NCBI RefSeq assembly: GCF_003704095.1
Contig: NW_020845867.1
Span: forward strand, 806,001 to 870,000
Source: Pocillopora damicornis
Taxonomy: Eukaryota
DNA length: 64,000 nucleotides
Reading direction: 5' to 3'
The notes beneath the pieces are model-generated. The model was not told the origin of the DNA and ran no database searches. It saw only the letters and a program-made list of their open reading frames with translations. A program made the translations under genes and the position numbers. Shown here piece after piece: positions 11,201-23,693 of this stretch. Numbering within the stretch: position 1 is the first letter of the stretch; each line of letters starts with the position of its first letter.

Positions 11201-14200
11201 CTGTGAAGATTGCTTTCAAATTTGAACCTTCTTTCTGTTGATTTGCATTAGCACAGACCATTTAACCCTTTGTACCATAGCTAACAGCATTCAGATTCTC
11301 TATAATGTTCTCTCTCCATTTCCTATGGTACTGACAAGGAAAACTTGTTTACCAATCAAGAGACTCTTAATTCAGTGTTCATTTCCTTCATTCTTGTAAC
11401 CTTTAATTTATGATTAAAGGGTGATATTTTGCAGAAAAATTAGATGCTAGTCACTCTGAGGGGTTAAAGGATTGATGGTTTTATAAACAGACTTTGACAC
11501 TTTTGGTTCCAAAATCTGCAGTTTCCTGTACAGGACATTCAATCAAATCAGTAAACAAGAGAGTGATATTAGAGCTACCCCATATTGTATGGCTAAAAAA
11601 TTTTGCACAATACAATTTCCAAATGTCTCTAGATTTACACGTAGTTGTTGTACAGTTGACAAAACTGAACTGAGGAGACTGTGGTCTCTATAACCAGCTT
11701 TCAATCACTTGCCTGAAATGCATACTCTATTTCAAACCAAACTGCAGAATGCTACTTGGCTAATTATGTTTTCCCTTCCCCCTCCTATTGCAATGTTAGT
11801 CCATGTTCCACAAAGAAGGAGCACAACATGTAAGGGAAAATTGTTATCATGGAGTTTTTCTCTTAGAGTGGTATGGCACTGATCTCAGGGACTTTGCACC
11901 TCTGTTTACAGTATTCTCCCTTATTGTAAGCACAACAGGTGAAAGAGATTTTCAACTGATAGAGAAATCCTTTTACCTGTTGAATTTTCAAGAATTTTAA
12001 GCATTTTTAAGCAGTAATAAGAAGTATAATAGATGGTAAATTTTTACTAGTTACCACCTGTAAAGGAGGAAACTGTGTTTGTATCAAAGTTAGCTGTTCT
12101 TCATGTATGTCATGAATGTCCAGAAATGCAGGCAGTAACAAAAATGGCAGATTTGACAAAATTTTGTCAAACTGAGTGAATGTTCCTGGATTTGAAGATT
12201 TTGCCTCTGTCAATACTTAGCAATGAGTCAGGTTGTTGATGGTGTATAGGTCAAGTTGTAGTTTTCTGATGAGGTTTTGTCCTAACTCTTAAGAGCTATT
12301 CAGAGGAGAAGGAATAAGTCAGATCTTTAGGTGCAAGGGACACATACTTAAGCTATGCTGCTGTTTACAGTAAGAGTTCACCAACAGCTACAGCCAAGAA
12401 AAAAAACAGGAAGGAGGACAGAAGGTGGGACAATGCTGGAACTTCACAGGAAGGAAAGACCTTGGACTACAGCAACAGTAATGGCAGCCACACTAATGGA
12501 AATGATGAAGAAGAAGACCTTGAGAGCCTGGTGAGACAATGAGAAATTCTATTTGGACATTCAGTGCAGTCATTTAGAACTTTGATCTAATGATTTATTA
12601 CCCCTGTTGATGATGATGATCATCATGATGCTTTATGTGTGCACACGAACAACCGTCTCTGCACTTATTTTCCTGCTCACATATCGAAAGGATTTTTCTG
12701 TCATTACTGAAAGATTGTTGGGAAAAGAACAAGTAGCTCAGCAGAGACAAAATAACTAAACCAAGTTTTTGTTCTATTTATAAATGTGCTGAGGACAAAT
12801 TTGTATAAGTCGGGAAAGAATTGGGCAACTTTGGATCCAATGGTCAGGTTTGAGCTCTAGCTTGGTCACTTGTGTTTTATTCTTAGGAATACGGACAATT
12901 TCATTCACAATGCCTCTTTCACTAAAGGAGTATAAAAAAGTGCTAGCAAAGTGGGAGGTGACCCTGCAGAGGAGTGGCAACCGGTCTAGGGGGGAGTATC
13001 TACACCCCCAGGTGCCCTCCAGTTCTCAAGTTTAGTTAACCTTTTTTCACTGTATCTTGTAGCGACCCATGGTTGGAACAATGCAAGGTGAGATAAAACC
13101 AATGGAATATGAGTCTGAGTCAGACGAGGAGGAGGAAGAAGTCAGTAAGCCTGCTGAAGAGAGGTGTGCAAAAAAGTGTTGCTCTTTTCCTTTGACATAC
13201 ATTTTAATGTGTAATTTTATGCCTCTAATATCTGTTTTACTTTATATGAAACACTAGCCATCTTGTAATGTTTGGTATTGTTTGAATGGTATTCCAGATC
13301 TGTCATTATAAGACAAAAGGAAAAAATACAAAATTACTGCTTTTTGTTTCTGTTGTGTGGCAGTATTTTGTCAATAATGGTATAGAATGAAAAATAGTAA
13401 TAATTACTTTTTGGTTTAGTCATAATCATGTGGAAGGGCAGAGGTAATTATACTCTTCAGCACCATGTTTAAATTAATCTAACTGAGAAACAGGCCAAAA
13501 AAATAACAAGAAAAAGAAACTCAATCTCACACTGCACATAGTTTTTTTCCCTTTGATTCCTCTTCCTACAAATGTTACTCTACAGACTTACAATTACAGA
13601 ACAAGAACAGCTTTTTTTTTCAATACTATCATGGCTATTAATCAGAATTTTGGAATTGTCTCATCTGTGATGGGTTAACTTATTAATTTCTATTACAGCA
13701 AGTCCTCTGGTCTTGGTGGAGGACTCTTCTCTTTCTTCAAAGGCTTGGCTGGGCAAAAGACACTTACTCTTGATGACATCAATCCTGTTTTGGACAAGAT
13801 GAAAGAGCATCTAATTGGTAATGACTTGTTTATCAACAAAATGATTTCCTTTTAGTCCAAAATGAAGGAGCATGAAATGTTTTCTTTGAGATAGATTTAC
13901 CAAGCATTTGTACATTTAAGTGGTATTAGAGGGAACCAGCACCAGTCTTAGCCCTTTACACCCTAACGTCAGTATGCATATTCTCCATACTGTTCTGTAT
14001 ACATCTCCTAAGGTGCTGACAAGGAGAATTTGTTGAACAATCAAGAGCTTTTTTAGTTGGTGATTATTTCCTTTATTCTCCTGATCTTAATATGTGATTC
14101 AGGGGTGGTATTTTAGGGAGAAATTAGATGCTCTTCACTCTCAGGTTAAAATTCCATCTGTTTGTCTTGCCTTCACACTCACAGCCAAGAATGTCGCAGC

Positions 14201-17200
14201 TGATATTTCTGAGAAGTTATGTGATTCAGTGGCTACCAAACTGGAAGGCAAAGTGCTGGGAACATTCAGTGGTAAGAGCATGTATTGATAACATTCACCC
14301 TAGCTTTTCTAAGAGACAAAATGTAAGTTAAGCTTCAAAACTCAAGGGGAGGAACTAGCGGTATATCTGTTTCTTCATAATGGGATGTCACTCCATAGCA
14401 AATTCCGCCCCCCTTCCCCCTCCCAGTACTTGCCAATACTTGCCAGTACTTGTGAATTTTCTTGTAATACTTCACCAGGACCTAATTCAGTACAATGTTA
14501 ATTATTTTAAGCACCCGCTTTGTAGTTCGGAAAAGTTAAAAGGTGCCAAGTCTATGAAGACGAACATGAAATTTCTGTCCGCTGAAGTGTGGAACAGTTT
14601 TACCTCAGTTGATATGTTTGTTACTTATCATGTTACATTCTCTCTTGAAAGGCGTAACATCGACAGTGAAAGCAAGCTTGGAAGAATCTTTGGTCCAGAT
14701 TTTGTCGCCACGAAGAAGAATTGACATCCTACGTGATGCAATGGATGCTAAGAAACGTGGAAAACCTTTTTCTATCACCTTCTGTGGTGTAAATGGTGTT
14801 GGAAAATCAACCAATTTGGCCAAGGTAAAACATGGTGCACATTGTGAAGAAACGTGTCCTATATCCTTGTCAAGCGGTTGGAAAAGACTTGAAATCCAAC
14901 TAAGTACTTTTCATGCAAAAGAAAAAAAACAGTTCGGGCTTCGACGGGATTCCAACTTCCAGATAGCAACTGGGCGTTACTACCAACAGAGCTACGAAGC
15001 CCTTTGCCGTGAGCGAGGGAAATTTTAGTAGGTTTTTCGTTTTCGTAAAGGAATCTCTACCTCCCACGCTCCTGACGAGACGAAAAAGACGTCTTTGTCT
15101 AGTTTATTGCCGAGCGAAAAATTCACCATCGTTCTTATTCCGTTTACGTGCATAACGCTTTCGACACTGTTGACCCTTGCAGTTTTCAGGACGCGTTTCA
15201 CAGAGAAACGTGGTGATGGCCTGGCTCACCGTAAAGTCTCTGTTCCTCAGTGGTAGAGCATCGAAGCGCGAAACTCTAAGGTCTGAGGTTCGATTCTTCT
15301 CGAGGATTCAGAGCTAGATTCCTTTGTTGCACGCACGCGACAAGAAGAAAAAACATCTCTCGTTAAAAGAAATGTTCAAAACTTCATTGAAATTTGACGG
15401 ACGCAAATGTTTAAAGAGAAAAATATTAAAATGTTTTCCAACCCGCCATTTGCGAAAAAGCGCTATTGTGGAGGATGGGGGAAAACAAATCGCTAAACGC
15501 AGCCTTTTTTTCTCCTTTTTTTTTTTTTCAATTTGTGTTTGCAGATCTGCTTTTGGCTGCTTGACAATGGTTTCCGTGTGATGATTGCTGCATGTGACAC
15601 ATTCCGTGCTGGAGCCGTCGAGCAGCTCAGGACTCATGTCCGTCACCTTAACGCTCTTCATCCCCCAGCAAGTGGCGGTGGACCTCCATCTGTTCTGCTG
15701 TATGAGAAAGGCTACGGTAAAGATGCTGCTTCTATTGCCATGGACGCTATCAATTTTGGTAAGCTTGACTCAACAGTTGTAGGCGCTCGCATAATAAATT
15801 TTTAAGCCTTGTCTTTATTTTGTTATGGAATAAGGTGGGAAATGTTTTTTTTATGTAGTTGGAATATGACACAGTAGTTTGACATTAGTTGTTATTGAGG
15901 TAATTATTAACGTGTCGAAAGATCCACCGCCACGTCTCACTCTGTACGCTCTGCGTGCTTATGACATACGTAGACTGATGAACCATAGTCGTTTGTTACT
16001 CCTTAGTAGTGGACCTCATCGGTTCGTTAGGAGTAGCAGCACACAGCGAATATGTTGCGTGGTATCTCCAAAGTGACGTTGGTCTGGCTTCACTGTGTAC
16101 TGTGATTGGTCAAAAAAAAAAGAGGCGCCAACCCATCAAGCAATCAGACACAAAACTAAAACCGGTCTTGACTTCTTCACTTTCGTTTTCCCGCGCCTTA
16201 CGCAGTTTGCTTTTTGCTTTTTTGAGTTCTCATTGGCTCATGTGAAATTTCCTTTTATGCTGATTGACATTGATATCTGTTCGTTCTTTAGCCAGGGAAC
16301 AGCGCGTTGATGTTGTATTGGTTGACACCGCCGGAAGAATGCAGGACAACGAGCCTTTGATGCGAGCCTTGTCTAAAGTACGCAGCGTTTGTCCTTGTTT
16401 TTTTTCTTCCATGTTTGCTTTTCTATTTAATGGACAACGGATAAATGACAGCAAATGTAAGAAGAGTGAAGTAATTTTGCACAAGTATGTCGTCCAGAAT
16501 GATACACTATCGAAAGATAAGGTGGGGGGACCATGGGTGTATCTGGCCCTTCACTTCGTCAAGAGAGGAGCCATAAATTTTAAAAATGATGATAACTTTA
16601 CATTTCTGCGGATACCATGATCCTGGACTGATTTTTTTTCGCTACCTTTTCATATTGTATTTCCGTGTGCTTGTGCATGGCCATAAAACCTTTTCACGCC
16701 GAGCAGACCCCGAACGATTTCACTTCCTCATAATTACCCGCTAGCCTTTCATAGTTTGGGGTTTTAGTACTGTTGTAAAACTCCTTATAGACGGTTACGA
16801 GAATAACTTGAAACGCGTCTTAGAATTGTTTACTTCAAGAAGTGCTGCTTGACAGTGACCAAGAACAATTTGATATATATTTATATTTTTTGTTTGTTTG
16901 TTTTTTTTTTGTTGTTGTTTCAGTTGATCAAACTCAACTGTCCCGACCTGGTGCTGTTTGTCGGAGAGGCCCTGGTAGGGAATGAAGCCGTAGACCAGTT
17001 AAAGAAGTTTAACCAGGCTCTGGCGGATTTTTCAATGTCTGATAACCCCCGTCTGATCGATGGTATTGTCCTCACCAAGTTTGACACTATCGATGATAAG
17101 GTATTTTGACATGCTACAGAGAAATTTTCAATTAAAAGCTAAATAATTGATTTTGCTTTGTTTTGGTCTGTGATTGGTGTCGAAAACCAAAGTCATAAGC

Positions 17201-17697
17201 ATTTTCCACGTGTCAGGCACTCTGGTTGTTTTTAGTGTTAGCTCCTTTTGATTTAAGCTTCCTTTCCAGCCGTTGTATAGCAAACGAGTCCGCGCTCCAT
17301 CCCCGCAGAGAGAAGGATGGAACACCGAATTTGAGAAAACGGCGAAAGTCTAGACCACTTGTGATATTTTCTTTTGTTCTGATTTGCCTTTTAGCTTTTC
17401 TGTGACTTTAGTTTTACGTTGGTCAATCGAAATTTGATCCATAAAAACCCAAGGCAGTTTACCACTTGTCAAACCTTTTAATCTGCTAAAAGCTGCCTTT
17501 AGTAACTCACTTGGCGTTTCACGCCTCCTTTGGTGTTTGACCATCGCTACTTTTATCACTTTTGTAAGGTTGGTGCTGCTATCTCCATGACGTACACCAC
17601 TGGCCAGCCGATTGTGTTCGTGGGCACTGGGCAGACTTACAGCGACTTGAAGAGCCTTAATGTAAAGGCCGTCGTTAATGCTTTGTTGAGGCCCTGA
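8253..17697 (+). CDS. SRPRA: Signal recognition particle receptor subunit alpha; exons 8253-8369, 8612-8695, 10128-10464, 10995-11121, 12371-12530, 13063-13163, 13699-13817, 14185-14271, 14652-14824, 15545-15758, 16292-16377, 16924-17100, 17569-17697
   Basis: N-terminal longin/SRX domain [34 protein letters not shown]; GTPase motifs [58 protein letters not shown]. Splice phases are consistent throughout. Confidence 0.97.
9162..9316. repeat. Imperfect foldback element in SRPRA intron 2
   Basis: gttgccatgggtctgtacagtaatagat..ggtaagaa pairs with ttcttacc..atctattactaaacagaggcatagcaac. Confidence 0.7.
10540..10751. mobile_element. Long palindromic (foldback) MITE
   Basis: tatgaaagagatcttcgcagtaatgaacacta..aggcctgaaaaaaaattc is mirrored by gaattttttttcagg..tagtgttcattactgcgaagatctctttcata; outer arms aaatgtgagtata / tatactcacattt. 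Confidence 0.85.
11262..11467 (-). mobile_element. piggyBac-like MITE (family B)
   Basis: ttaacccttt..gaggggttaa termini; internal sequence is the reverse complement of the family B core. Confidence 0.7.
12830..13010 (+). mobile_element. Degenerate SINE (Nin/Deu-domain-like)
   Basis: cttaggaatacggaca..cacaatgcctct..gtgaccctgc..agggggagta; related copies at ~43930-44185 and ~51370-51545. Confidence 0.55.
13948..14149 (-). mobile_element. piggyBac-like MITE (family B)
   Basis: ccctttacaccctaacgtcagtatgcatattctcc..caggttaa; reverse complement of the 54386 copy. Confidence 0.75.
14936..15360. mobile_element. tRNA-derived SINE-like composite with two divergent pseudo-tRNA heads (14936-15002 minus; ~15236-15310 plus)
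   Basis: Minus head GGGCTTCG-TAGCTCTGTTGG..GTTGGAATCC..CGAAGCCC; plus head CTCAGTGGTAGAGCA..GGTTCGATTC. A tail cacgc..gac(g/a)aga(c/a)gaaaaa occurs twice, at ~15065 and ~15330. Confidence 0.7.
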
Positions 17698-18218
17698 GAC
17701 TTGACAACTGAGTAAAATTTTCGTCTTGGTTTTAAACAAACAATCATAATAAGATTTCCAGCTTTAGACTGATAATTTAGCATTTGTTCAGTGTAAGGGA
17801 AAGAATAACCATCAGGGTGTGACGTCACCGGGAATCATAGAGTTTGTCCCAGGCCGGGTTTGAAAAAACAGGTCAAATCAGTTATTATGATGAACCAAAC
17901 AAAGCCATGCATTACTAATGTGATTTTTTTTCCACTCTCCCACTCCTGGTTCCAAAATTTTCCTCTTAGACAGAGGAGGACAACCGCAAAACCTTAGGAG
18001 AAAAATTAAAAAAAACAAAGCTGGTCAAGAAGTGAACCAAGCGAAAAATGTTGCTCCCACCTTCTTTTATTCGTCAGAGAAAAAATGCAAGAATAATATA
18101 ATAATAAAATTTAAATTATAAGTCAACGTTAGTGTTTTTGGCAACTCTATTAACAGTTACTTTACATTTTGATCATCACTAGCAGTTAAAGCAAAAACGG
18201 TCGCATTCACTCGATTAT

Positions 18219-18320
18219 GATTATCGTGATGACGTTTGGTAAGGTGGTCGAAACGTCAGTCTACCACCGACAACAGTCCCTGTCAAGACTACTCTCTCCT
18301 AGACGATCAGACCACACGAA
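18219..18320 (+). repeat. Degenerate Penelope-associated hammerhead-like repeat
   Basis: ..tgac-gtttggtaaggtg-gtc-GAAAC-GTC-agtc followed by aacagtcc..gactactctc..gacgatca; the CUGANGA box is mutated. Confidence 0.55.
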
Positions 18321-18465
18321 TCATTTCTAATTTGGTTATTATTAACGCAGGTCAGAGGAGAAAATGCTATAACTGTAGTTTTCAAAACTCAAAATCTTTG
18401 TTTGTATCTTTGTACACCAGTATGAAAGGTATACTATATCTAGTGTCGATACTTGGAAATTTAAG

Positions 18466-18934
18466 TACCATAATGATTTGATTTAGCACCCTTCTTACAA
18501 TAAGCGGCCCCCCTCTATACTGTTTTTATAAATAAGTGCACTTATTCGAATAAGCGCCCCTATCCTAATGAACGCCCCTACTCAGTTTCAGTAATAGCAC
18601 TTTTAGGGTACATTTACATTGAGATCAACCGAGGTTCATCTTTCCTTAATTGCTCACTTAAAGCCTCACGACAAGAGCAGTGGTCTTACAGTTTCTTGAA
18701 ATGAAAGATTCTGTCTCAAAATTTTGCGACGAGGGACAACAAGTCCGTTTTTCAGTCTTTCTGATCCTTTTCAAATAAATATCAAAGCTTTGTTTCCGTC
18801 ACATTCTGCTGTTTCTCAAAAAAGGAATAAGTGTCTTGTCCCTAATAGGCACCTTGATTCCAATAAGCACCCTCCCTGAGATACCGATTAAAAGCAATTA
18901 AACGCCCCGGGTACAAAATCAAATAATTACGGTA
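18466..18934. mobile_element. TA-flanked MITE (Tc1/mariner-like) with taagcgccc subterminal repeats
   Basis: Left TIR taccataatgatttgatttagcaccc; the right TIR reverse-complements to taccgtaattatttgattttgtaccc. Confidence 0.75.
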
Positions 18935-19389
18935 CGCATTTTGTTGCGCTAACTAATCTGGACTATGTTCCAAATCGGGCTTGGAAATATGCAGTCTATG
19001 TACCTATATTCAATGTAAAAACGATCACAAGTGTGCCAGAAATCGATGGAGACTTGCAAGGAGCAGCTTAAGGTTTGGCCAATAAAACCCTCCTAGAAAG
19101 GACGTCTAAAATTGGAATATAAATATTGCCTTTCTGGCCGCCACTTCCCAATGGTCTACATGACTGCGTCTGCTTTTGACGCGCTCAGTTCAATAATACA
19201 GCCTTGAGGTTTCTCGAAAGTTTGAAAAATTGCAAAAAAGGTACACTATTTTGATGCTAGTATTATTATAAATTATGATTATAACTATGAACTTGCCGTG
19301 CAGATAATCATTTTGGACATTTTGGAAAAAGGCCTATTATCTATGAGCATTTTTGAGCACTGAAGATTGGGATCCAGCTCTTGCTCTGC

Positions 19390-20430
19390 TCATTTGTCGT
19401 CATCTATTTCCGAGTTGTTGACAGTCTTTGACTGCATTGTGGTCATCGGTGCCTCATCTATCTTCCTACAAGCTTTTTGACCAGAACTATTGTTTGTAGT
19501 TGTCGTGTAGAGCAGTAAGGACATTCCTAGCTCCAGACACCGCATTAATGTCATGAAAATGTACCAAGGCCACGGCGAAATGAATTGCGCATGGGATGAA
19601 GCGCCGCTGATGCTGACCGCAGCGTAAAGATGCATGACGGCGATACTAAAGCCGCCTACACTGGCTGTTACACAACGTTTGAAAATAGAAAATGTCTGCG
19701 TTCCTCTGTCTAGAGTTTTCGACGAACCTTCTCGCACAGTGTGAAGCTTTTTCCAAATAAGGAAGGAAATGTATGAGTAAAAGAAGGCCAGGCTGATATA
19801 TAGAAGTATGTTTATTACCTGGCAAGCCAGTATCAAGCCGCTGTAAGCTGGAATAAACGCGACAATCAACTCAGATGTGAACACGAAGATGTAGTAAGGA
19901 AGAGTAACCAAAGTTATGTTTCTTGTCGTATACCAGGTTTGAAATCTGTTTTTCATCACTAAAGCATTTCGCAACACTAAGAAAATCAGCATGAACGCTG
20001 TAATCAAACAAGGCTGTCCAATTCCCCAGAGTAGACTCGTCACTTTCGCTGAAACATGCTTCTTTGAATGGTAGGCGTCAATACACAGAAAGAGACATCT
20101 TGATGAACCGAAGATGAAGATTTGACTCAGCACAACGAACGACACTTTCTTTTGTCGAGCCCCCCTATCCATTTTAAATAATTTCACCAGCGCCACAAAC
20201 GCTAGTAAACTGATGACACCGAATAGAGCTCCGAGTCCATATTGATGAAATTCCCACGCGGCTCCCCAAGTCTCCACAGCAATATCCCATTCGGGCTGAG
20301 GTTCGGCCGTCGGTTCAGCTGTCGGCTCGGCCTCGGCCCCGGCCCCGGCCCCGGCCCATCCGCGGTATTCTCCTTCAGGAGTAGCTTCGGTCGTGGCCGT
20401 CCCTTTTACAGTTTCTGGTTTTGAAGTCAT
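19390..20430 (-). CDS. PRRT3/PRRT4-like 7-transmembrane protein, copy 1 (intronless, 346 aa)
   Basis: About seven hydrophobic segments; AWEFHQYGLGALF..SRCLFLCIDAY..LWGIGQPCLITAF..PWPW..RCLEL parallels the PRRT3/4 WELHVYG..LRS.Y..DPY..PWPWW..RL.E motifs. An in-frame stop lies upstream of the ATG. Confidence 0.85.
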   Translation of the reverse strand: MTSKPETVKGTATTEATPEGEYRGWAGAGAGAEAEPTAEPTAEPQPEWDIAVETWGAAWEFHQYGLGALFGVISLLAFVALVKLFKMDRGARQKKVSFVVLSQIFIFGSSRCLFLCIDAYHSKKHVSAKVTSLLWGIGQPCLITAFMLIFLVLRNALVMKNRFQTWYTTRNITLVTLPYYIFVFTSELIVAFIPAYSGLILACQVINILLYISLAFFYSYISFLIWKKLHTVREGSSKTLDRGTQTFSIFKRCVTASVGGFSIAVMHLYAAVSISGASSHAQFISPWPWYIFMTLMRCLELGMSLLLYTTTTNNSSGQKACRKIDEAPMTTMQSKTVNNSEIDDDK

Positions 20431-22673
20431 CTTGTTGCGAGTGGCGCTGAGTGGTAAATAAATTTTCTAACCTCTATCTGTCTATTGAATACGTTTGCGC
20501 AGTGGAAGCTGTTACAGTGGTGGGGAAGTATAGATTGGTTTGCGTCCAGGAAACGAACTCTAGAGTTCGGTCAGTCAGATGTTCAAGTCTAAAACTGTTT
20601 GAAACACCCTCAAAACTCTTGCCTTTGTTGTGAATACCGACCAAATAAGACAAATACAGCTTTCTCTCGAAGCTGTGAAAAACATGGTTCCCCTTCAGAT
20701 GCAGCTAATGATGTAAATAGCTTAATATGCGACAAAAAAGCGTTAACAACCAGCTGTCATAGCGATTGTTTTAGCTACACAAAAACAAGACTGTAAATTG
20801 CTCTCCTCCATAAAAACTTAAACAAAGCAACTATTGTTTAGTAAGAACAGACTCGATGAATTGAGAGCCTCACAAGAGGCTTACCCAGTTTAAAATCCAA
20901 TTGGAAAATGGACTCTTGTTTATTTCAAAACCTAATTACGTTTGCTCAATTATTTATGAATCAAAAGGTTAGNNNNNNNNNNNNNNNNNNNNNNNNNNNN
21001 NNNNNNNNNNNNNNNNNNNNNNNNNNNNNNNNNNNNNNNNNNNNNNNNNNNNNNNNNNNNNNNNNNNNNNNNNNNNNNNNNNNNNNNNNNNNNNNNNNNN
21101 NNNNNNNNNNNNNNNNNNNNNNNNNNNNNNNNNNNNNNNNNNNNNNNNNNNNNNNNNNNNNNNNNNNNNNNNNNNNNNNNNNNNNNNNNNNNNNNNNNNN
21201 NNNNNNNNNNNNNNNNNNNNNNNNNNNNNNNNNNNNNNNNNNNNNNNNNNNNNNNNNNNNNNNNNNNNNNNNNNNNNNNNNNNNNNNNNNNNNNNNNNNN
21301 NNNNNNNNNNNNNNNNNNNNNNNNNNNNNNNNNNNNNNNNNNNNNNNNNNNNNNNNNNNNNNNNNNNNNNNNNNNNNNNNTGCGTGGGCATTCAAATTAA
21401 AAATACCAAGCTCTATTTTCATGTGATATTGTTTATTGTTTGTGTAGGGTGTCATTAAGTTTTTTGAAAAAAAAACACACCCTTTCACGAAACCTTTGTC
21501 GAGTCCCTTAGGCGTCATTCACTTTGCATGACAAAAGACGTTGGAGAGCGTGATTTATTAACAACTCTGTTCGCTTTGAATACCAAGCTCGTTTTCATCT
21601 CGTAAACAGCTGTAATCTCTCCTCGAAACATATGACTATGATAATATGACTATAATATTTATTTTTTTTGGATACCACACTGAGAGAATATGTAGTTGGT
21701 TCATTCAAAGTCTGAACTCCTTTTTTTTTCCGTTAACGAACTTAAGCTCCGAAACGTAACTGATGTGCTGTAGTCTACCTCTCATAAATTGTAATTGTCT
21801 CACCTAGTGTAAGTAAATATTGTTTATAGTATGTAGGATAAGCTAATTCCTGATTTAAAATTCGTAATGCAAGTAGTGAAAGCATCAAATAATTTTTAGA
21901 GTTAGCAAGTTTAAGATAAATCCTTTTGTGAGTAGTTTTCAACGTGAGTATTGATAAGTATAAATAGAAATAGGGGTAGTATTGTAAGTAACGTATGTAT
22001 TGTTAGTATCGTAATCACCGTAAGTATTTTACGTAGTCAGCAAAGACAATTTCAGAAAAAAAAATTTTACTATAAACAGGTTTTGATTCCAAGAAACTAA
22101 CTTTATCACGGTTATATCTCTTTAGTCTAAGATCAATAAATGTTTTACGAAACTCAGTATAAACAAAGGACTTTTAATAATTATCCTCAAAGGTTACAAT
22201 CCCGTTAATTTTTAATTAACGCTTCGTCAAAAACAAACTAGTTCTAGTGGAAATATATGTTAGGATACATACAAACATTTTGATACTTTGTCCTCGTTCA
22301 GTTCTTAATGCATGTTTTTAGTCACTTGGGGCCTCGCCAACATTACGCCCCGTGAACTTGAAAACAACTTAATTTGTACGGCTAGTTCTACTATTCACCT
22401 CAGAGTGAGAACACCGATTTGAAATTTATAGGTCGTAGTGTCGGACAGGGCCTAACGTATGTCGTGTTTTTTCGAAATGTTTTTTTCACAATTATTAAAC
22501 GTGCTCCTCGTTTTTGTGCCCAAACCTCCTTGGCCTAGCAACACAACACACAAAAGAACTCAAAACAATGTTAGCGTTTCCTTCTTATTAAATGAAAACC
22601 ACTGTTCAATTCATTAGTGATAAATTTGAAGATGTATTTTTCTTGTTTTCCCACAAGGAAAATCTTTTGCCAA

Positions 22674-23693
22674 TCAAACCGTTTGCAATTCAATAGCATT
22701 AACATTTTCGGGAATCTCCGCTGAAACAATCGTAGTCGGTGTCATTTCACCTTTCTTGTCGACGCTCCTCGCACTGACGGCATAAAACAGTACAACTGTC
22801 ATGTAAATCTCCACGAGACGAAACATTGTTTGAAACGCCAACCATGGCCATGCAGAAACGAAGCGCGCATCGGAAAAAACGCCATAGACGCCCGCCATTG
22901 CGTAGACTTGCATAACGCAAATTAAAACGCCGCCCGCGACCGCTGCGAGACACATGCGGAGAATTGCGCGCGTGCGGGATCCACGACCTTCCGCTGGCTC
23001 CGTAGCCCAACGTTTGGAGGAGTCAATCAATTTGAATTTTTTCCAGATTAAAATCGATATGAAAAAGTAAAACACCGTAAGAGAAAAACCAAATAAAAGG
23101 TACAAAATCTGGCAAGTAAGGGCGAGGCCTTTGAACTCTGGAACGAAAGAAATAGCAAGTTCTGCTCCAAACGCGAAGAAAAAATATGGCAGCGTTGCTA
23201 AGGCAATATTCCTTGTATTATACCATTTTTGGAACCGCTGTTTGAGTATCAGTGCGTTCCTTAACACTATAAACATCAGGGTGTAGGCGGTTATGATGCA
23301 AGGCTGTCCGATGCCCCAAAGAACGTTGATAACATAATACGGTGCAGTTTTCCGCCAGTGGTATGCATCCATGCAGAGGAACAGACTTCTTGTGGCGCAA
23401 AACAGAGCCAGAAGACTCAAAACAACGCTGGGAACCTTGTTTTGTTTGAGGATTCGCACTCCTTTGAAGCGCTTCCACAGGGAAAGTACAATCAAAAAGA
23501 AAACAAAGGCAAATATCGCACCTAAGCCATACTGGTGAAAATCCCAGATAATCCCCCATTCATCGACCGCCTTCGACCATTCTGGTAGAGGTTCAGCTAT
23601 TCCTTCAGCTGTCGGACGATTATCGAATGATTCTGGCTCTGTTTCGGGGAATGTATTATTGATTTTCTTTTCTGGCTCTGGAGTAGCACTCAT
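22674..23693 (-). CDS. PRRT3/PRRT4-like 7-transmembrane protein, copy 2 (intronless; first ATG 23693, MSATPEPE..)
   Basis: Clear paralog of copy 1: AEPLPEW..WDFHQYGLGAIF..RSLFLCMDAY..LWGIGQPCIITAY..RFQKWYNTRNI..AWPW..RLVE. Confidence 0.85.
   Translation of the reverse strand: MSATPEPEKKINNTFPETEPESFDNRPTAEGIAEPLPEWSKAVDEWGIIWDFHQYGLGAIFAFVFFLIVLSLWKRFKGVRILKQNKVPSVVLSLLALFCATRSLFLCMDAYHWRKTAPYYVINVLWGIGQPCIITAYTLMFIVLRNALILKQRFQKWYNTRNIALATLPYFFFAFGAELAISFVPEFKGLALTCQILYLLFGFSLTVFYFFISILIWKKFKLIDSSKRWATEPAEGRGSRTRAILRMCLAAVAGGVLICVMQVYAMAGVYGVFSDARFVSAWPWLAFQTMFRLVEIYMTVVLFYAVSARSVDKKGEMTPTTIVSAEIPENVNAIELQTV

Noticed and set aside
14936-15310. Two apparent tRNA genes
   Set aside because: One has a deleted middle and a mutated B box; the other has a poorly paired acceptor stem and a SINE-like tail. 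Treated as pseudo-tRNA heads.
20908-21518. Long ORFs spanning N runs (also near 7435-7764, 29072, 30368-31145 and 32390)
   Set aside because: Their length is an artefact of translating assembly gaps.
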